A DNA stretch of 63,839 bases, counting the filler, from Choristocarpus tenellus KU-1152 (Eukaryota; Protista; Phaeophyceae), in assembly GCA_964200185.2 (NCBI GenBank). It is 11 parts of 11 records of this genome, joined end to end, with 100 filler letters (N's around TTAATTAATTAA, not from the genome) between each part and the next. Parts side by side here need not be neighbours in the genome. Positions count along the whole stretch, not along the records: positions 48,362 to 54,333 come from CAXNAD020009282.1; positions 54,434 to 61,229 come from CAXNAD020007329.1; positions 61,330 to 63,839 come from CAXNAD020027201.1; 8 more parts are not named here. One strand, written 5' to 3'. Of the stretch, positions 51,710 to 63,839 are shown one piece after another (the stretch's first letter is position 1; the number at the start of each line of letters is the position of its first letter). A program made the position numbers and the translations under genes. Below the pieces are notes generated by a model. That model saw only the letters and a list, made by a program, of their open reading frames with translations, ran no database searches and had not been told where the DNA came from.

Positions 51710-54433
51710 AAAGGAGCTGAAGGGGGTGCAGTGCTTGCTTTGACTGCTCATTTTTGGGGGTCAGGCTTCCGGTTGCCTGACTTCTCCTTGTGATGCAAAG
51801 AAGTGAATGTCCTGTGAGGGAAAGGGAGTGGCGGTTGTGTGAAGGGGTATATGAGACAGTCACTTGTTGTGTTTGGATGCTCTCGGCCTGACTGCCTTGT
51901 CCTATTTGTGATCGGTTTGTTGTTTGGGACAAATGATGTACGTCTATTACAGTGAAGGGTATTGTTGCCAAGCAATCGTCATTTAGTCATTGCGATTAGA
52001 TTATAGAGTGCACGGATTGATTGGCCTGTTAGGGAAAGTACGCCCAAAGTAGTTTTTGTTCCGTCAAAAAGGAGCATACCCTTGTGTACGTATGTATGTG
52101 GGGGGCGTAGTAGTAGGGATGAAGCGTGGATGCACACACTCTTATTTGAGTACAGTGAACTGATTTTGTTATAGCGTATGTGAAACATTGTGTTGTCAGT
52201 CAGTAATGGTGCCTGTGGAGTACACAACGGTGTGTGCTCAGAATAACCTTGGCAAAATAGGTAATCTGTGTTATATCAAGGCATATATATACATGTTATA
52301 CACGTTTTGCATGTGCTCTCTGCAATATTTTGTGAAAAACTCTTACGCTTGTTTTATGTCGGCATACAGCGGCAGTGTCACATCATGGTTTGATTATGGC
52401 AGGGTGAAAATGTGATGACTGTGGCTCTGTCGGCACCTTTCCTGCTTGTTGTGGTGATTGAGATGTTTTGTGTGTGCATCTCTGGATGTATTATGTATCT
52501 GTGTGTTGTCTAATGGAAATAATCAAACGGTCAAGATGATGGGCACCTGGTGGGTTCAATTCACTTGTTCCTCCAACTGAGTCAAATTCAAACAATCGGA
52601 AATGGGAGAGTAATGATAAGCATTGCATATAGAAGCATATTATGTTGTGAAGCTGGAGGTCTACTACAACGGAGTAAGGTAAAAGTGCAGTCACATGTAA
52701 ACTTCATGTAGTTCTTCTTGCACATCCTAAAGTAGAGGTGTGTAGGTGTTCATGTGAGAAAGATTGAAGCAATGAACATACATGAAAGAGATCAAGTGAG
52801 GCAAAATCCATGAGTGTATGCCAGGTTCTCTTTGAATGTCTGGTTCGTTACCACACAAGCATGCTCAAACTTTTTTTTAATGCCTGTAAGACGTTTTGGA
52901 GATAGATGTGACTGAGGGGGAAAGCAGTACGTGAGAGAACACCACGAGAGGCTACATCACAAATAGTAAAAGAGAGGAGATCAGAGGAGGATCAACATGC
53001 AAACAAGGAGTTTGTGCAGTGTATGCAATGTTAGGTAGCAAGATGGACATACATACATAACTCAACAAACATCACCCAACATGAGTTTTATGGTATAGTA
53101 CATCATTTTGAAAACTTTTAACTCCAAAACTGTATTAAGGGGGGGGTTTCAACAGACCCAACTTTGTGCACACTGCCAGAGGCTCTCCTGAGCAGGTGAT
53201 GAGATCAGGACACACACTACATATCTTCACATGCCTTCCATCAAACCAAAAACTTGGTAATATTTCAAAAAGAAAAAAAATATTACCTTTGCTATGTAGC
53301 ACTCCAGAGTACAATATAGCAGAGAGTAACCACATGCATTTTTCACATTATTACGAAAATGTTGTACTACTTAGTCAGGTGATATCGACTACAGTACTTT
53401 TACATGAAAGAAGTACAACAAAAACCACAGCAGACGCCAACCAAGGCATTGGAACACAAAACACCACAGTATATATTGACACCTTGACCTACGGCAACCC
53501 TACCTGAACAAATCAAGCACAAACCATCTTGAACGAGCGATTGACTATAAAAATATAAGTATGCATATTTTAGATACCACAGAAAAAATTCAGGACTTTG
53601 ATGAAACCGGGTGCACTCTCCACTCAGTAAACACTCTCCGCAACAGAACGCCCTCACTCCAAATAAAAAAATAAAAAATCATTTACACCCAATTTGATTT
53701 GGTTTTTTCTCAACGGAGCCATCGATCAATACCCCCAACAATTTGGTCGCTTTCTTGACCAACATGCCACAAATCAGGGAACCATTTCCGAACATGTTGG
53801 GGATCCCACCTACATCCAAAATTGTACATATATACAAGTGGTAGAGGTCTAGCAAACTTATCTACCCAATTGTCATGCCTGCAAATGAGGCAATCTCAAA
53901 CACTGGCCATGCCCTTCATGGCAAAGGGATGGCCAGATTAGATAGACGGCCTTAACATCAAAAACACGCTTATGATCTCACAGTCACACACTCAATTTCT
54001 CCTGGCCCACCCACGGGTAGCAGCAGGTTCATCACATCAAGTAAAAAAATCATTCTCCATTGAGGACTGTCGGCAGACAATACAAGCTCTACATAGACCC
54101 CTCCCTCCCCCTCCGACCATGCCCCACGTCCTCTCCACTCAACCATTTCCACCTTCACCATATTAGCATTCACTGGGATGATCACCAGTCCGCTACTTCA
54201 CACAAGTAGCTACATCTAACGACAAATTTTGTAAGTCATAAGACACCCTTGTTATCAAAGGTTGGCTGATGCCAATGCCGGGGGGTTCAAAGACAACTTA
54301 GCAGGCTCAGATGGCCTCTGACCACCCTCCAGGNNNNNNNNNNNNNNNNNNNNNNNNNNNNNNNNNNNNNNNNNNNNTTAATTAATTAANNNNNNNNNNN
54401 NNNNNNNNNNNNNNNNNNNNNNNNNNNNNNNNN

Positions 54434-56050
54434 GTATAACGGTATATGGCATACGAGCAATACGGTATAATAACAGACAAACATGCTTTCCACATACAGA
54501 CACCTAGCAATCTCGTCGGGTTTATCAACTTTATCCTCTTTGATGATTTTTGGGATACTTTAACAGCTCACCCTAGGCTTGGATCCGCTGAGATCTATGA
54601 ACACCCTCCCCAACCGCTTCCCCAATCTGCACGACGTCACCTCTGGTACTGGTTTGCGGTGAGCCTTGCCAATAGCGCACCCCTTGCAATATTGTTGCCA
54701 CTCTCCAGTGAGATTGATCCCACGTTCCTTGGCGTACCTGCGTACCATCGCCTCATGGTAATGACCCAGCTGATGATGCTTTTGATGTATTTCCATACTC
54801 CTAGTGGGTCTCTGTTGAAACACTAGTAAACCCCTGAGCTACCGAGCAGATAGTCAGCACTCGTGGGATCGAATCTCGCCGAGGTCACATCCGTCAAAAG
54901 GCTAAATACGCCGCCAGGATACACATCCGTCAAAAGGCTAAAACGCGCCGCCAGGATATACAACCTCACATTAGTAAATACCCCACCGATGCCGGTCACT
55001 GATTAGAGGGATAGCAACCAACAACTTAACAACTTGCGATCCCTGGGAGTAGCTAGTGTTTCAACAGTTTACAAGTGTTTTAACAGTCTCAATTCCCCAC
55101 TCAGCCCCCATGGGGCAGTGACAAATGCTCCAGCCCCACCCCGCATGAGCTCATCAAATGCCACAACATCCTCCTCTGACGTTGCTTGGGCTCCAGTCGA
55201 TCGTTCCAGATCAACATGTACTGCAGCCACTTCTGGAGGAGGCTATTCCTCCTCAGTAGTCCCCCCTGGGTCGATGGCATCTCCTGAAACCCCCTCAAGG
55301 GTATCACTCCTGTCGCTGCAACATCCTCCTCTGACATTGCAGTCTATTCAGATTTTCCGCCTGTGACGGTATCTCCTCCTGCCCTTGTCAGGGAGAGTGC
55401 GTCTGTTCCCGCCTCCCCCTCGGCTAGAACTAGTCCTGACACAATCCTCTCTGTCATGTCAGGTGCTTCAGGTAGTTGTCTTGAGGGCAGGTCAGGAATT
55501 GTCAAGAAGCTTCTTCGATTAGCTTTCAATGTAAACAACAATCCATAATTCTTCCCACTTGTCTTTACAAAATCCAATCCAGGTCCTCCAGAAGATGGGG
55601 TTAATCGCAGAGAATTTCCCCTTTCCAATATAATTCTCCCCCAGATTGTTTCCCGCTTGTATCATTGAGAAGAGATTAAATTTTAACCCTGGAACAAATG
55701 ACACATTGTGCAAGATGAAGTTTGAAACTTACCCATTCTGTACACAAGATAGTGACAAATTACCTATGGCTGAAACTTGTGTAGAACCATCCCCAACAGT
55801 CACCGATGTCCCTACCGCAGGTTTTTGATCTATCAGAGCAGTAGGATTGTTTGTCATATGAACCGAACACCCACTGTCAAAGAACCAAAGTTCATCCACT
55901 TCCACAATATTTCCATCATTGCTCACCGATGAGAACCCTCCAAGCTGAACTGGTATACCATTTGCTTTCTGTTCTCCATCACCAGCTTCATCAGTGTTGC
56001 TTTCATTGCCACTCCCCTTCCCTTTACCATTCTTCTTCTTCCTTCAGGGA
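54434..56050 (-). mobile_element. Ty1/Copia retrotransposon deletion derivative (protease, integrase HHCC and start of core)
   Basis: WFFDSGCSVHMT...HNVSFVPGLKFNLFS, then HHQLGH...CKGCAIGKAHRKP...RVFIDLSG, after which similarity stops abruptly. Confidence 0.88.
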
Positions 56051-57039
56051 GTTTTGTCCAGACGATCGTTAACCCGATTCTCCCAAATCAACAGCGCGTT
56101 CGGGACAACGGTAAGTCTTGTGTCCTTTGGCTCCACAGATATAACAAGAACCTGTATAAGATCCAGAACAGGACGAAACTTCGGGGAACGGAAGCTATGT
56201 CCCGATCAAATAATGGAAAAAAACGTGGGGGAGTATCTCCGCCGCAATTTTGAAGGTCGCGACTTCAAAATCAACAAAAATGAAGTGGTTGACTGAACTC
56301 CTTCCAGAAAACTGGTACGGGGTAGGTCTCTGTCCAAGTTTGGCTGGTGTAATGTTCCCGAAAAAAGTTTCAAGATTTCCGGATATCTTTTTAACGCCTT
56401 TTGCAGACAGTCTGTGAGCACACACACACACGCATGAAAAAAAACAAACGAAGCCCGTAATCTGGAGGGCATTGTGACGGGCATCACGATTATGCTTTAT
56501 TTTTTAAATCCGAAGTCTACATCAAACGTTACAACGGGACAATCCCAGAGGGCGAAGCTACTGGTACCACTATAATCAATCGTAGAGATATGCGACTATG
56601 TATTTAAAATGGAACTAACATGTTGATACAGAGATATCACATTGAAGAATAGAAGTGGGGATACTTCAACTTGTACCAGAGTGCATACCTGTTGGTGATA
56701 CCTGGTGCCCCGGGTAACGTTTATGAAGTAATCTGAATTTTGTGAGTTTGAGAATTCGCAATGAAGCTTGGCAAACCAGGTGATATAGTGATAGGGAGGG
56801 AGAGGGGGTTAGGAGGGTAGACAAAAGGGTTAACTAGTGATGCCCCGAAAGCACACTGGGTATCCGAGAGGTTAATACAAAATGAGTGGGTGGAGAGAAG
56901 GCTGAAAAAATAAAGAGTATTTACAAAAGGTCAGAGTCAAAGGCAGGAGTAGAAGGGCAAAAGGGAAGCAGGATCAAGGCAACTTCTAAGCACACTTAAT
57001 TGCTCATGATTGAGTGGGATGTTCGAAAGGGGGAGGGGG

Positions 57040-57480
57040 GGTCAATCTCGGCCTTGTTAAAAATGTCTTCTAGTTCAAAGCCACGGTATGGGAGCGGATA
57101 TGAGGGTGGAGTATCTTGAACAATTGTGGAGTGCCCTTGGGTGAATGCAGAATGTTGTGGAGGATTGTGGAGTATCACGGATGGAGGTGGAGCATTTTGT
57201 GAGAATTGATGAGGGAGTGGATTCGCCGAAATTAGTCGTGAATCGTTTGGTGACTGGATACAAGTAGCGGAAAATGGCCGCTCTTGTTCAAGACTGGACT
57301 GTTTGGTGAAAATTGATTACATTAGTTGGGTCACTGGATACCAGTGCCGAAAGTTGACCACACTCGTTGATGACTGGACACCAGTTGACGGAAATTGTCC
57401 GCATTGGTAGGCGATCGTACATGGTGAGTGGATACCAGTGATGGAAATTGGTCGCACTGGTTGTGTGTGCATACCATAAG
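57040..57480 (-). repeat. Same dispersed tandem-unit repeat (copy 3)
   Basis: TCTTCTAGTTCAAAGCCACGGTATG box and TGACTGGATACCAGT units. Confidence 0.7.
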
Positions 57481-58356
57481 TGGAAAGGTTTTAGAGGCGT
57501 GGTAACAAAGTGATGATTTGATGGACGTATGGTATGGAGTGAGTGATGTGACGTCATTTGAGAGGAATGTGAAGTGGATGTAAGCCTAAGACGGGGCTAT
57601 CTACTTTATGAAGAATTCGTGACACTAAAGCAGAGTATACTTTTCTCAACCAGCAGAGAACAGTAAATAATGAACATTTGTTGTACTTTTTAAGGCAGTA
57701 CGAATTGTGTGGTTCTGTGGCACCGTGGTTGGCTCACACAAGGAGGGTGAAGAGAATCATGGGTAAGAAATGGACCAAATGGGCCAAATGGGCCAAATGG
57801 ACCAAGACAAATCTGAAGCAAGAGAACGAGGATCGGGACAAGGGGTGGAGAGGGATGGCTTGGTAACTCTGAAGAGAGTCCACCTTCCGAACCAGACTGT
57901 TGAAGAGACGCCATGGGAACCATTCACTCTGAGGCTCCTCCACTGTGGCAAAAGGGTTCTTGAAAAAAAACGCAAACTGTATTATGGTCGATGGTACTAC
58001 AGGAATGGGCGGCATGATAACAGAAACCCTGCATTCCACAACATTGCGAAATAACGTGATACAAGTAAACTATACACACCTTAGAAGAATGTTGCTACAA
58101 AAGTCAGAGATATAAGGATACTTTACCTCTCCAGTATATATATACTGTCTGTAGCATCTTCAGTAGTAGTGACATCCATTATTTTATTTCCTGTGGAAGA
58201 AGTAAGCTGTGAGAGGAGGTATATTTTGAAAGGTGGAATTGAGTTGAATTTTGAGTACTTATTTGGTGATGAAATCCCTTAACCACTTCCAGCACTACTC
58301 TTTCCTCTTCACGAGAGAGGAGGCAAGGAGCATCCGGTTTTGTTGAATTTTCATTA

Positions 58357-58612
58357 CAAGTATCTTAGAGGGTAGAGCCGCGTCCATTTGGGGGCCAAAA
58401 TCCAATGTTGCAGTTTTGACGTAGTTTTGGCTATCATGTTTGTTAGCAAGTGTCAATGCCCTTGTTCCGGACACACCTTTTCATAACATACACCTTTTAC
58501 CTACTCTGAAACGTTTTGGAGTAGGTAAAATGCCTTTTAAAACCCGTGGGAAGCCAAGCCCCACAAATGTACAAACAGGGCAAAACTCGTACCCTCTAAG
58601 ATACTTTCACTC
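58357..58612 (-). mobile_element. MITE family A near-full copy
   Basis: Family A sequence. Other partial or degenerate copies lie at 90-217, 11533-11600, 30877-30945, 44988-45098 and ~59290-59525. Confidence 0.85.
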
Positions 58613-58633
58613 GTTCTGCCAAATAAGTAACAA

Positions 58634-58811
58634 GGCTCAAAGTATCTGGGGGAGGGGTGGCGGCTGTCCATTTCGGGTCAATTTTTTGATGTCGCTATTT
58701 TGGGTGAATTGGTTGCATATGTCTGATGGATAAGGTAAACACACTTTTCCTGATTTTGACCCAAATGGACACCCCTAGCGTAGATCCCCCCCCCCCCAGA
58801 TACTTTGGGTC
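58634..58811. mobile_element. MITE family B (~178 bp, G/C-run TIRs), TSD ACAA
   Basis: GGCTCAAAGTATCTGGGGG...CCCCCCAGATACTTTGGGTC flanked by ACAA. Other copies lie at 1-59, 18032-18205, ~18915-18973, 23002-23081, 35398-35498, ~35925-36094 and ~63220-63396. Confidence 0.88.
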
Positions 58812-59912
58812 ACAATTATCTACAAGTATCTGGCAAGATTGTCTATATACACTACAGTCTCAGTGGACTCAATTGCTAAGCATTGGACGACTTCGAAATT
58901 CTTAGAATGTGGCAGTATATAGGAAGACAGTACCCAAGGATGAAGGACTCTTTGCTACGGCTTCACCTTGCAGCAAAACAGTCAAGTACCTGTGCTCTGA
59001 GGATGACTCCTCACTTGAATGTAGTTCAAATATGGATCATTACTGTTGGGCGCAGTGGCATCACACAGGTTGAAGGAGATCACATTGTCGAATACGTTGA
59101 CAATTTGTAATATTTAATATTTATCCACAATCATAGTATCATAACAACAATGGTAGTAATTTGCTCTCTATATGCATTTGCCATTTTTTACAAGGTGGAA
59201 GCTCGGTTTGATGTGCGTACATATTATTAACTGTCTGCAATATCATCATTGCAACTGCTAGGGCTCTATGAGGCAAATATATATATTTAAGAGTGTAGGT
59301 GTTCTGTCCTGTTTGTCCGTTTGGGGCTTGGCTTACAACGGGTTTTTTATGCCCCTTTTCGGTTTTCTAAAAAATTCCTAAAATGTATACGACTATGAAA
59401 GGTGTCCGGAGCAAGGATGGTGACACCTTGCTAACCAAAATGATGGCCAAAATTCATCAAAATCGCAACATTGGATTTATGATCCCGAACGAATGTGGCC
59501 CTACCCTCTTAAAACACTTGGAGTCACGAGAAGCATCTAACTCCTTCAACTTTTCAAATTCTCTTCGACCATAACGAATCTCCACTGCATCACTCGTATA
59601 AACTCAAAATTTATTACATGTCCTTCAAACAACCCAAACACAAAAATCCCACCCAGGATATACAAGAACCCACCGACCCACCCATCCACCCAGACAGCAG
59701 TCAGAATAGCGTGAGCATTGGACAAGACCACGAACACAATATCGTTGAAGAGACAAGCATACAATCAAGGAGAAGTGAGTGAGTGCTAGGGGAAGGGGGG
59801 AGGGGGGGGGGAAGGATGCGGAGCACGAGGCAGGGGCATTTGAAATTGATCCACTTTTTGGGTTTGTCTGCTTTTATCCATGTGCAACTGTAGGCATACA
59901 ACAACCCAGAGA

Positions 59913-60745
59913 TGGGGTTAGGGTTAGGGTTAGGAGAAAAAAAATAAAGATCAAAAAACACAACTATGTTTGTGCATGTCATCAAAATAGGTTACACCTA
60001 CAGCAACAACAGCATTACCAAAAGTACATATATATATATATATATTCAAAACAATAAAAAATAAGACAGAAAAATGCCAGCACCAAAAAAAATTAATTAA
60101 TCAGGTGGCCCAACAAGACGCTTGAAGGGCTTGGGTCAAAGAGTTTTGTTTTGTTACTAGGAAAGAAAAAAAGATAAGTATAAATACCAAACATGTTAAC
60201 TCCATTTCCTCACCCTTCAAAAAAAAGGAGCTACATTTAAGTACATAACGAGTCCGGGGCTCAGGACTCTCACTCAAATAAAAAATAAAAAATTCAGACC
60301 AATATATATATATATTTATACCAAAATTTCCCCCCACCCCAAAAAGAGAACATATCCATAAATATTTTTAGTAAATATTTTAACACAGGCGCAACAAAAA
60401 AAATCACAGATTTTGAACAAAAGAAGAGGCAAAAAGCTCTACCACTCAGGTACATGGTTAGGGGTTAGGGTTAGGAATCCCGAAAGACAAAAATAAAATT
60501 TTAAAAAATTACTTGCAGCCGGACGTATTGGTTAGGGTTAGGGTTAGGGTTAGGATCAGCAATCCTCCAAAAAAATAAAACTTTCTGGGCACTGGATCCA
60601 ATGGAAGGGTTAGGGGTCCCAACAAAAAAATGGAATTTTGATTGATTTAGTTTATACAGCTATATCCCAACGAACAAAAAAAAAAGAATGGAACTTGCTT
60701 GATTTTCTATTTTCAATCTCCAATCTCTAACCCTAACCCTAAACC
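59913..60745. repeat. Interstitial telomere-like (TTAGGG)n tracts
   Basis: GGTTAGGGTTAGG tracts at ~59915-59935, ~60457-60476 and ~60530-60553, plus CTAACCCTAACCCT at ~60727-60740. Confidence 0.8.
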
Positions 60746-60758
60746 TACACCAACTCAC

Positions 60759-60924
60759 CGCCACGTTCCTATCATGACAGTATCGAAGTGCATTGATGAG
60801 CTTTTTCACTATCCTCGCCGTATCGTCCTCTGATCTAAACCGGTACCTCTCAAACAGGTCGCCTCCAGTGTACAAGTCCATCACCATGTACAGGTGATCT
60901 GGGGTGTGGAACACTTCTTGAACC
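60759..60924 (-). CDS. Single exon of a CaMK/CDPK-type Ser/Thr protein kinase (subdomains IV-VIa)
   Basis: AG/GT-bounded exon reading VQEVFHTPDHLYMVMDLYTGGDLFERYRFRSEDDTARIVKKLINALRYCHDRNVA. Confidence 0.85.
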
Positions 60925-60934
60925 CTGATCGACA

Positions 60935-61229
60935 TTGACACCAACATTAACATTAATATTAACATCAACACCAATATCAACCTCAACATTAACATCAACA
61001 ATAATAATAACATTAACAATAACAATAACATCAACATCAACATCAAAATTAACATCAACAATAACATTAACATAAACATCAACACCAACATTACCATTAA
61101 CATCAACAATAACATTAATAATAACATTAACATCAACACCAACACCAACACCAACATCAACATCAACACCAACATCAACACCAACACCAACATCAACATC
61201 AACATCAACACCAACACCAACACCAACAT
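60935..61229. repeat. Degenerate hexamer microsatellite (AACATC/AACACC/AACATT)n
   Basis: Visible directly. It produces the spurious LMLVL part of ORF 60660-61229. Confidence 0.95.
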
Positions 61230-62046
61230 NNNNNNNNNNNNNNNNNNNNNNNNNNNNNNNNNNNNNNNNNNNNTTAATTAATTAANNNNNNNNNNNNNNN
61301 NNNNNNNNNNNNNNNNNNNNNNNNNNNNNTCCCTTCTACCATGTGGGTAGCCAGCTCATCCAGGAAGCTTTCCGCTTGCTTGCCGAGGCGCCCAAAACTT
61401 TTTCAGAGATGTGAAGTTTTACATTTTTTTCCAGAACGGGTTTTGTCATATATATGGTAGGAAAACAAAAAAAGCATCAGATCTATTTCATCTAATGAAC
61501 TCCTCGACCACCACACAAATAACAATATTTTATGTTGTGTCTTCTAACATTTTCCAGGTGTTTGACAGAAAAGTCATAACTTTATTACAACCAATTGTGA
61601 AACAGATGGGAAACGGGCAGACTGGTCCTTCGAACTGAAGGGGACCAGAAAGATCCGTAGAAGAAGGGAATGGAGAGAGACAAGGCAGGAGGTTTAATAA
61701 TCCCTCAGAGGGTAACTCAAGGAGAAGTAAACAGGCAAAAGTGAGTGAGGGGGGTTTGTAAGGTCCACTCAAACAAAGTACCCGATATTTACTTCAACAA
61801 GTAAATAAATGTAGATGTGTATGAGGCAGCGAAATTTGAAGTGTATCTTCTCAAGGAAGGTTATCTTAAAGGTTCGCCTTAGTTGGAAGATGGCTATCAC
61901 ACAATACTATGCTGGAAGCATAACAACAGCTAGTTGTCAATGCCAACGCCCTCTCTAAATACACCTACTCTTAAAAACTAACAACTATGACCCCTTCCTT
62001 GAAGGTTGTTCGCTTCAAGCAATGTGTACACTCCAATGCTTCTAAC

Positions 62047-62380
62047 CTACTTTGAAACTATGAGGAAGGTGGGCAAGGAGCTAGGGACGCATCCCAAGAA
62101 TCTGTCAGGGTCCTTCTTGCCCACCTGCCCAGTGTCTCTAGCTCGAAGTGCATGACATGTCTCAATAGAACCACCTCTGCAGTAACGGAGACCATGCATC
62201 TCAAACGGGACTTGACAGTCCCTTTCATGTAACAACCCCCAGCGCCTCTTCCCCCTACTGCATGGTTGGATGGCCAACTCATCCGGGAGACTCTCTGCTT
62301 GCTTACCAAGGCATCCAAAACTTTCCAGCATCAAGGTGTTGAGGTAAAAACGAGGGTTAAAAGTTTCCTCGCAGTGGGTG
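62047..62380 (-). mobile_element. 3' relic of an RLE-type (CRE/R2-like) non-LTR retrotransposon; second fragment at 61330-61410
   Basis: LMLESFGCLGKQAESLPDELA...KGTVKSRLRCMVSVT and SFGRLGKQAESFLDELATH resemble the PLxxExxGxLG end of the restriction-like endonuclease domain. Confidence 0.55.
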
Positions 62381-63839
62381 TTCCAATATTAATAGTTGCA
62401 ACAAAACATAATATGTTGTGGAAGAAACTACTAGTAATTTGATACTACATAGAATTATATATATTATTCGTAGGAACAACAGTAGGAACAACTACTGCTT
62501 TATTACTTGCAGTAAGTCTTCATTCTAACGCATGATGGAGTGAGTGGTCCTTAATATTCAATAGTAATAAAACGTCCCCTGCCTCAATTTCGCATAATAG
62601 GTTCAGATCCATCCAAAATTGTTACACCCTATTACATTTTTTTTTACGCAGCAGTAGTTGGAGGGGTCCCAGTTCCGGCCAAACTCATGGTTGACAAGAT
62701 AGTAGTAGTGGAAAGAAGGTAACACAGAAAAAAGAGAGGAAAAAAAGAGAGAAAAGCACATCTATGTGGATGCACCACCACCCAGAGAAAAAGAGTCGAA
62801 CCACGTCTATCCAGAAGAAAAACATCACTATCAAATGTCACAGAAAGAGTGTCGAAGTAAACGAGAGGTACCTATGGTTTAATTTAAGGACGCTGACACT
62901 CATGTGCAATATATTTTTTTTGTACAAATGTGTGTAGGGGATTTTCTGAATTCTGACGAAAACTATTTCAGTTATAGAGAAATTAATGCTCTAAAGTTAA
63001 TCTTAGCACTTCAACCATAGAAATAAAAGGATGAATCGTAAAAGATAAAAAAATGTGGCTAAAAATGCAAAACGGGTAAAACCGAACTTCTCATTTAATT
63101 TAACTCTAAGCTAAATTAATTGAAAGTTAGGTAGTTTTGGACCCCTTACAATACACTTTTTTAGAGCAGGCCGTGGTGGGCATTTCAATTTCCAGCAATC
63201 TGTTAAGCACAACCCTCGCAGCTCAAAATACCTAAGGGGGGAGTGGCAGCTGTCCATTTGGGGCCCATTTTTCCATGTCACGATTTTTGGGTCATTTGGT
63301 TGCATGGGTCAGATAATGTAAGTGCACTTTTCCTAGTCAGGGCCCAAATGGACACCCCAGTGTAGACCCACCCCCCCCCACCAGATGCTTTGAGCCAGCA
63401 CAGGTCAATACGGAAAGGCTTTCCATGCAGTCTTGATACAATTTGATTGGCGAACAAAACTTGCTACAACTTATAGACACATTTGCCTACAATATTGCCA
63501 CTTAATCCCTCCACTACTGACAAAAATATTTAGGATATTTTATTTCTTTAGGGCTAACAACGACATATATATAGTTTTCATTGGTTTCCCCCCTGACACA
63601 TCTGCTAGTATATTATTATTATGCCCTCTGACATTTTGCAGATGTGTCAGGGAGGAAACCAATGAAAACTATGCATATGTCTTTATTAGCCCTAAAGGAA
63701 TAAAATATCCTAAACATAAGAACACTATAAAACATTGAAAGTGTGGAAACCACTAATCTATCAGTTACTTCACCACTATCAGATATTGTACCACTGTCTT
63801 CCTTTGCTTCCCATCTACCTACTCCTGTGCCCCGGGGGG

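Noticed and set aside
57765-57805. Collagen-like (NGP)n / AAATGGGCC repeat
   Set aside because: It has only four 9-bp units and no supported gene model.
60925-61229. Long hydrophobic N-terminus (MLVLVLVLM...) on the kinase ORF
   Set aside because: It is the translation of an intronic hexamer microsatellite.
11433-61329. Regularly recurring TTAATTAATTAA palindrome between N runs
   Set aside because: It is an artificial six-frame-stop linker joining contigs. Any 'gene cluster' spanning these spacers is not real.

Overview
This is eukaryotic nuclear DNA, most likely from a brown alga or another stramenopile. The inference rests on GT-AG introns, a ROCO/COR-type exon and TTAGGG tracts. The window is not one locus: it is 11 short contigs joined by artificial 100-bp spacers (N44-TTAATTAATTAA-N44), so adjacency across spacers means nothing. 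Apparently intact genes are a 6-exon p47/NSFL1C-like SEP+UBX gene, a 3-exon YnfA/UPF0060 (bacterial SMR-like) membrane-protein gene, the 3' part of FCP1/CTDP1 and tRNA-Gly(GCC). Damaged or partial genes include a ROCO LRR-GTPase C-terminus, a 7-exon GT11-like (fucosyltransferase-like) gene, an RCC1-repeat gene, a kinesin relic and one CaMK/CDPK-type kinase exon. Transposons include Gypsy, Copia, pogo/Tigger and RLE non-LTR relics, plus about 25 copies of three MITE families that share termini and mostly make 4-bp target-site duplications. The best leads are the GT11-like candidate fucan fucosyltransferase, the three-family Sola-like MITE system, the intron-bearing YnfA and a ~2-kb decayed intronless ORF of unknown origin. 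All family assignments come from recognising motifs by eye, not from database searches.
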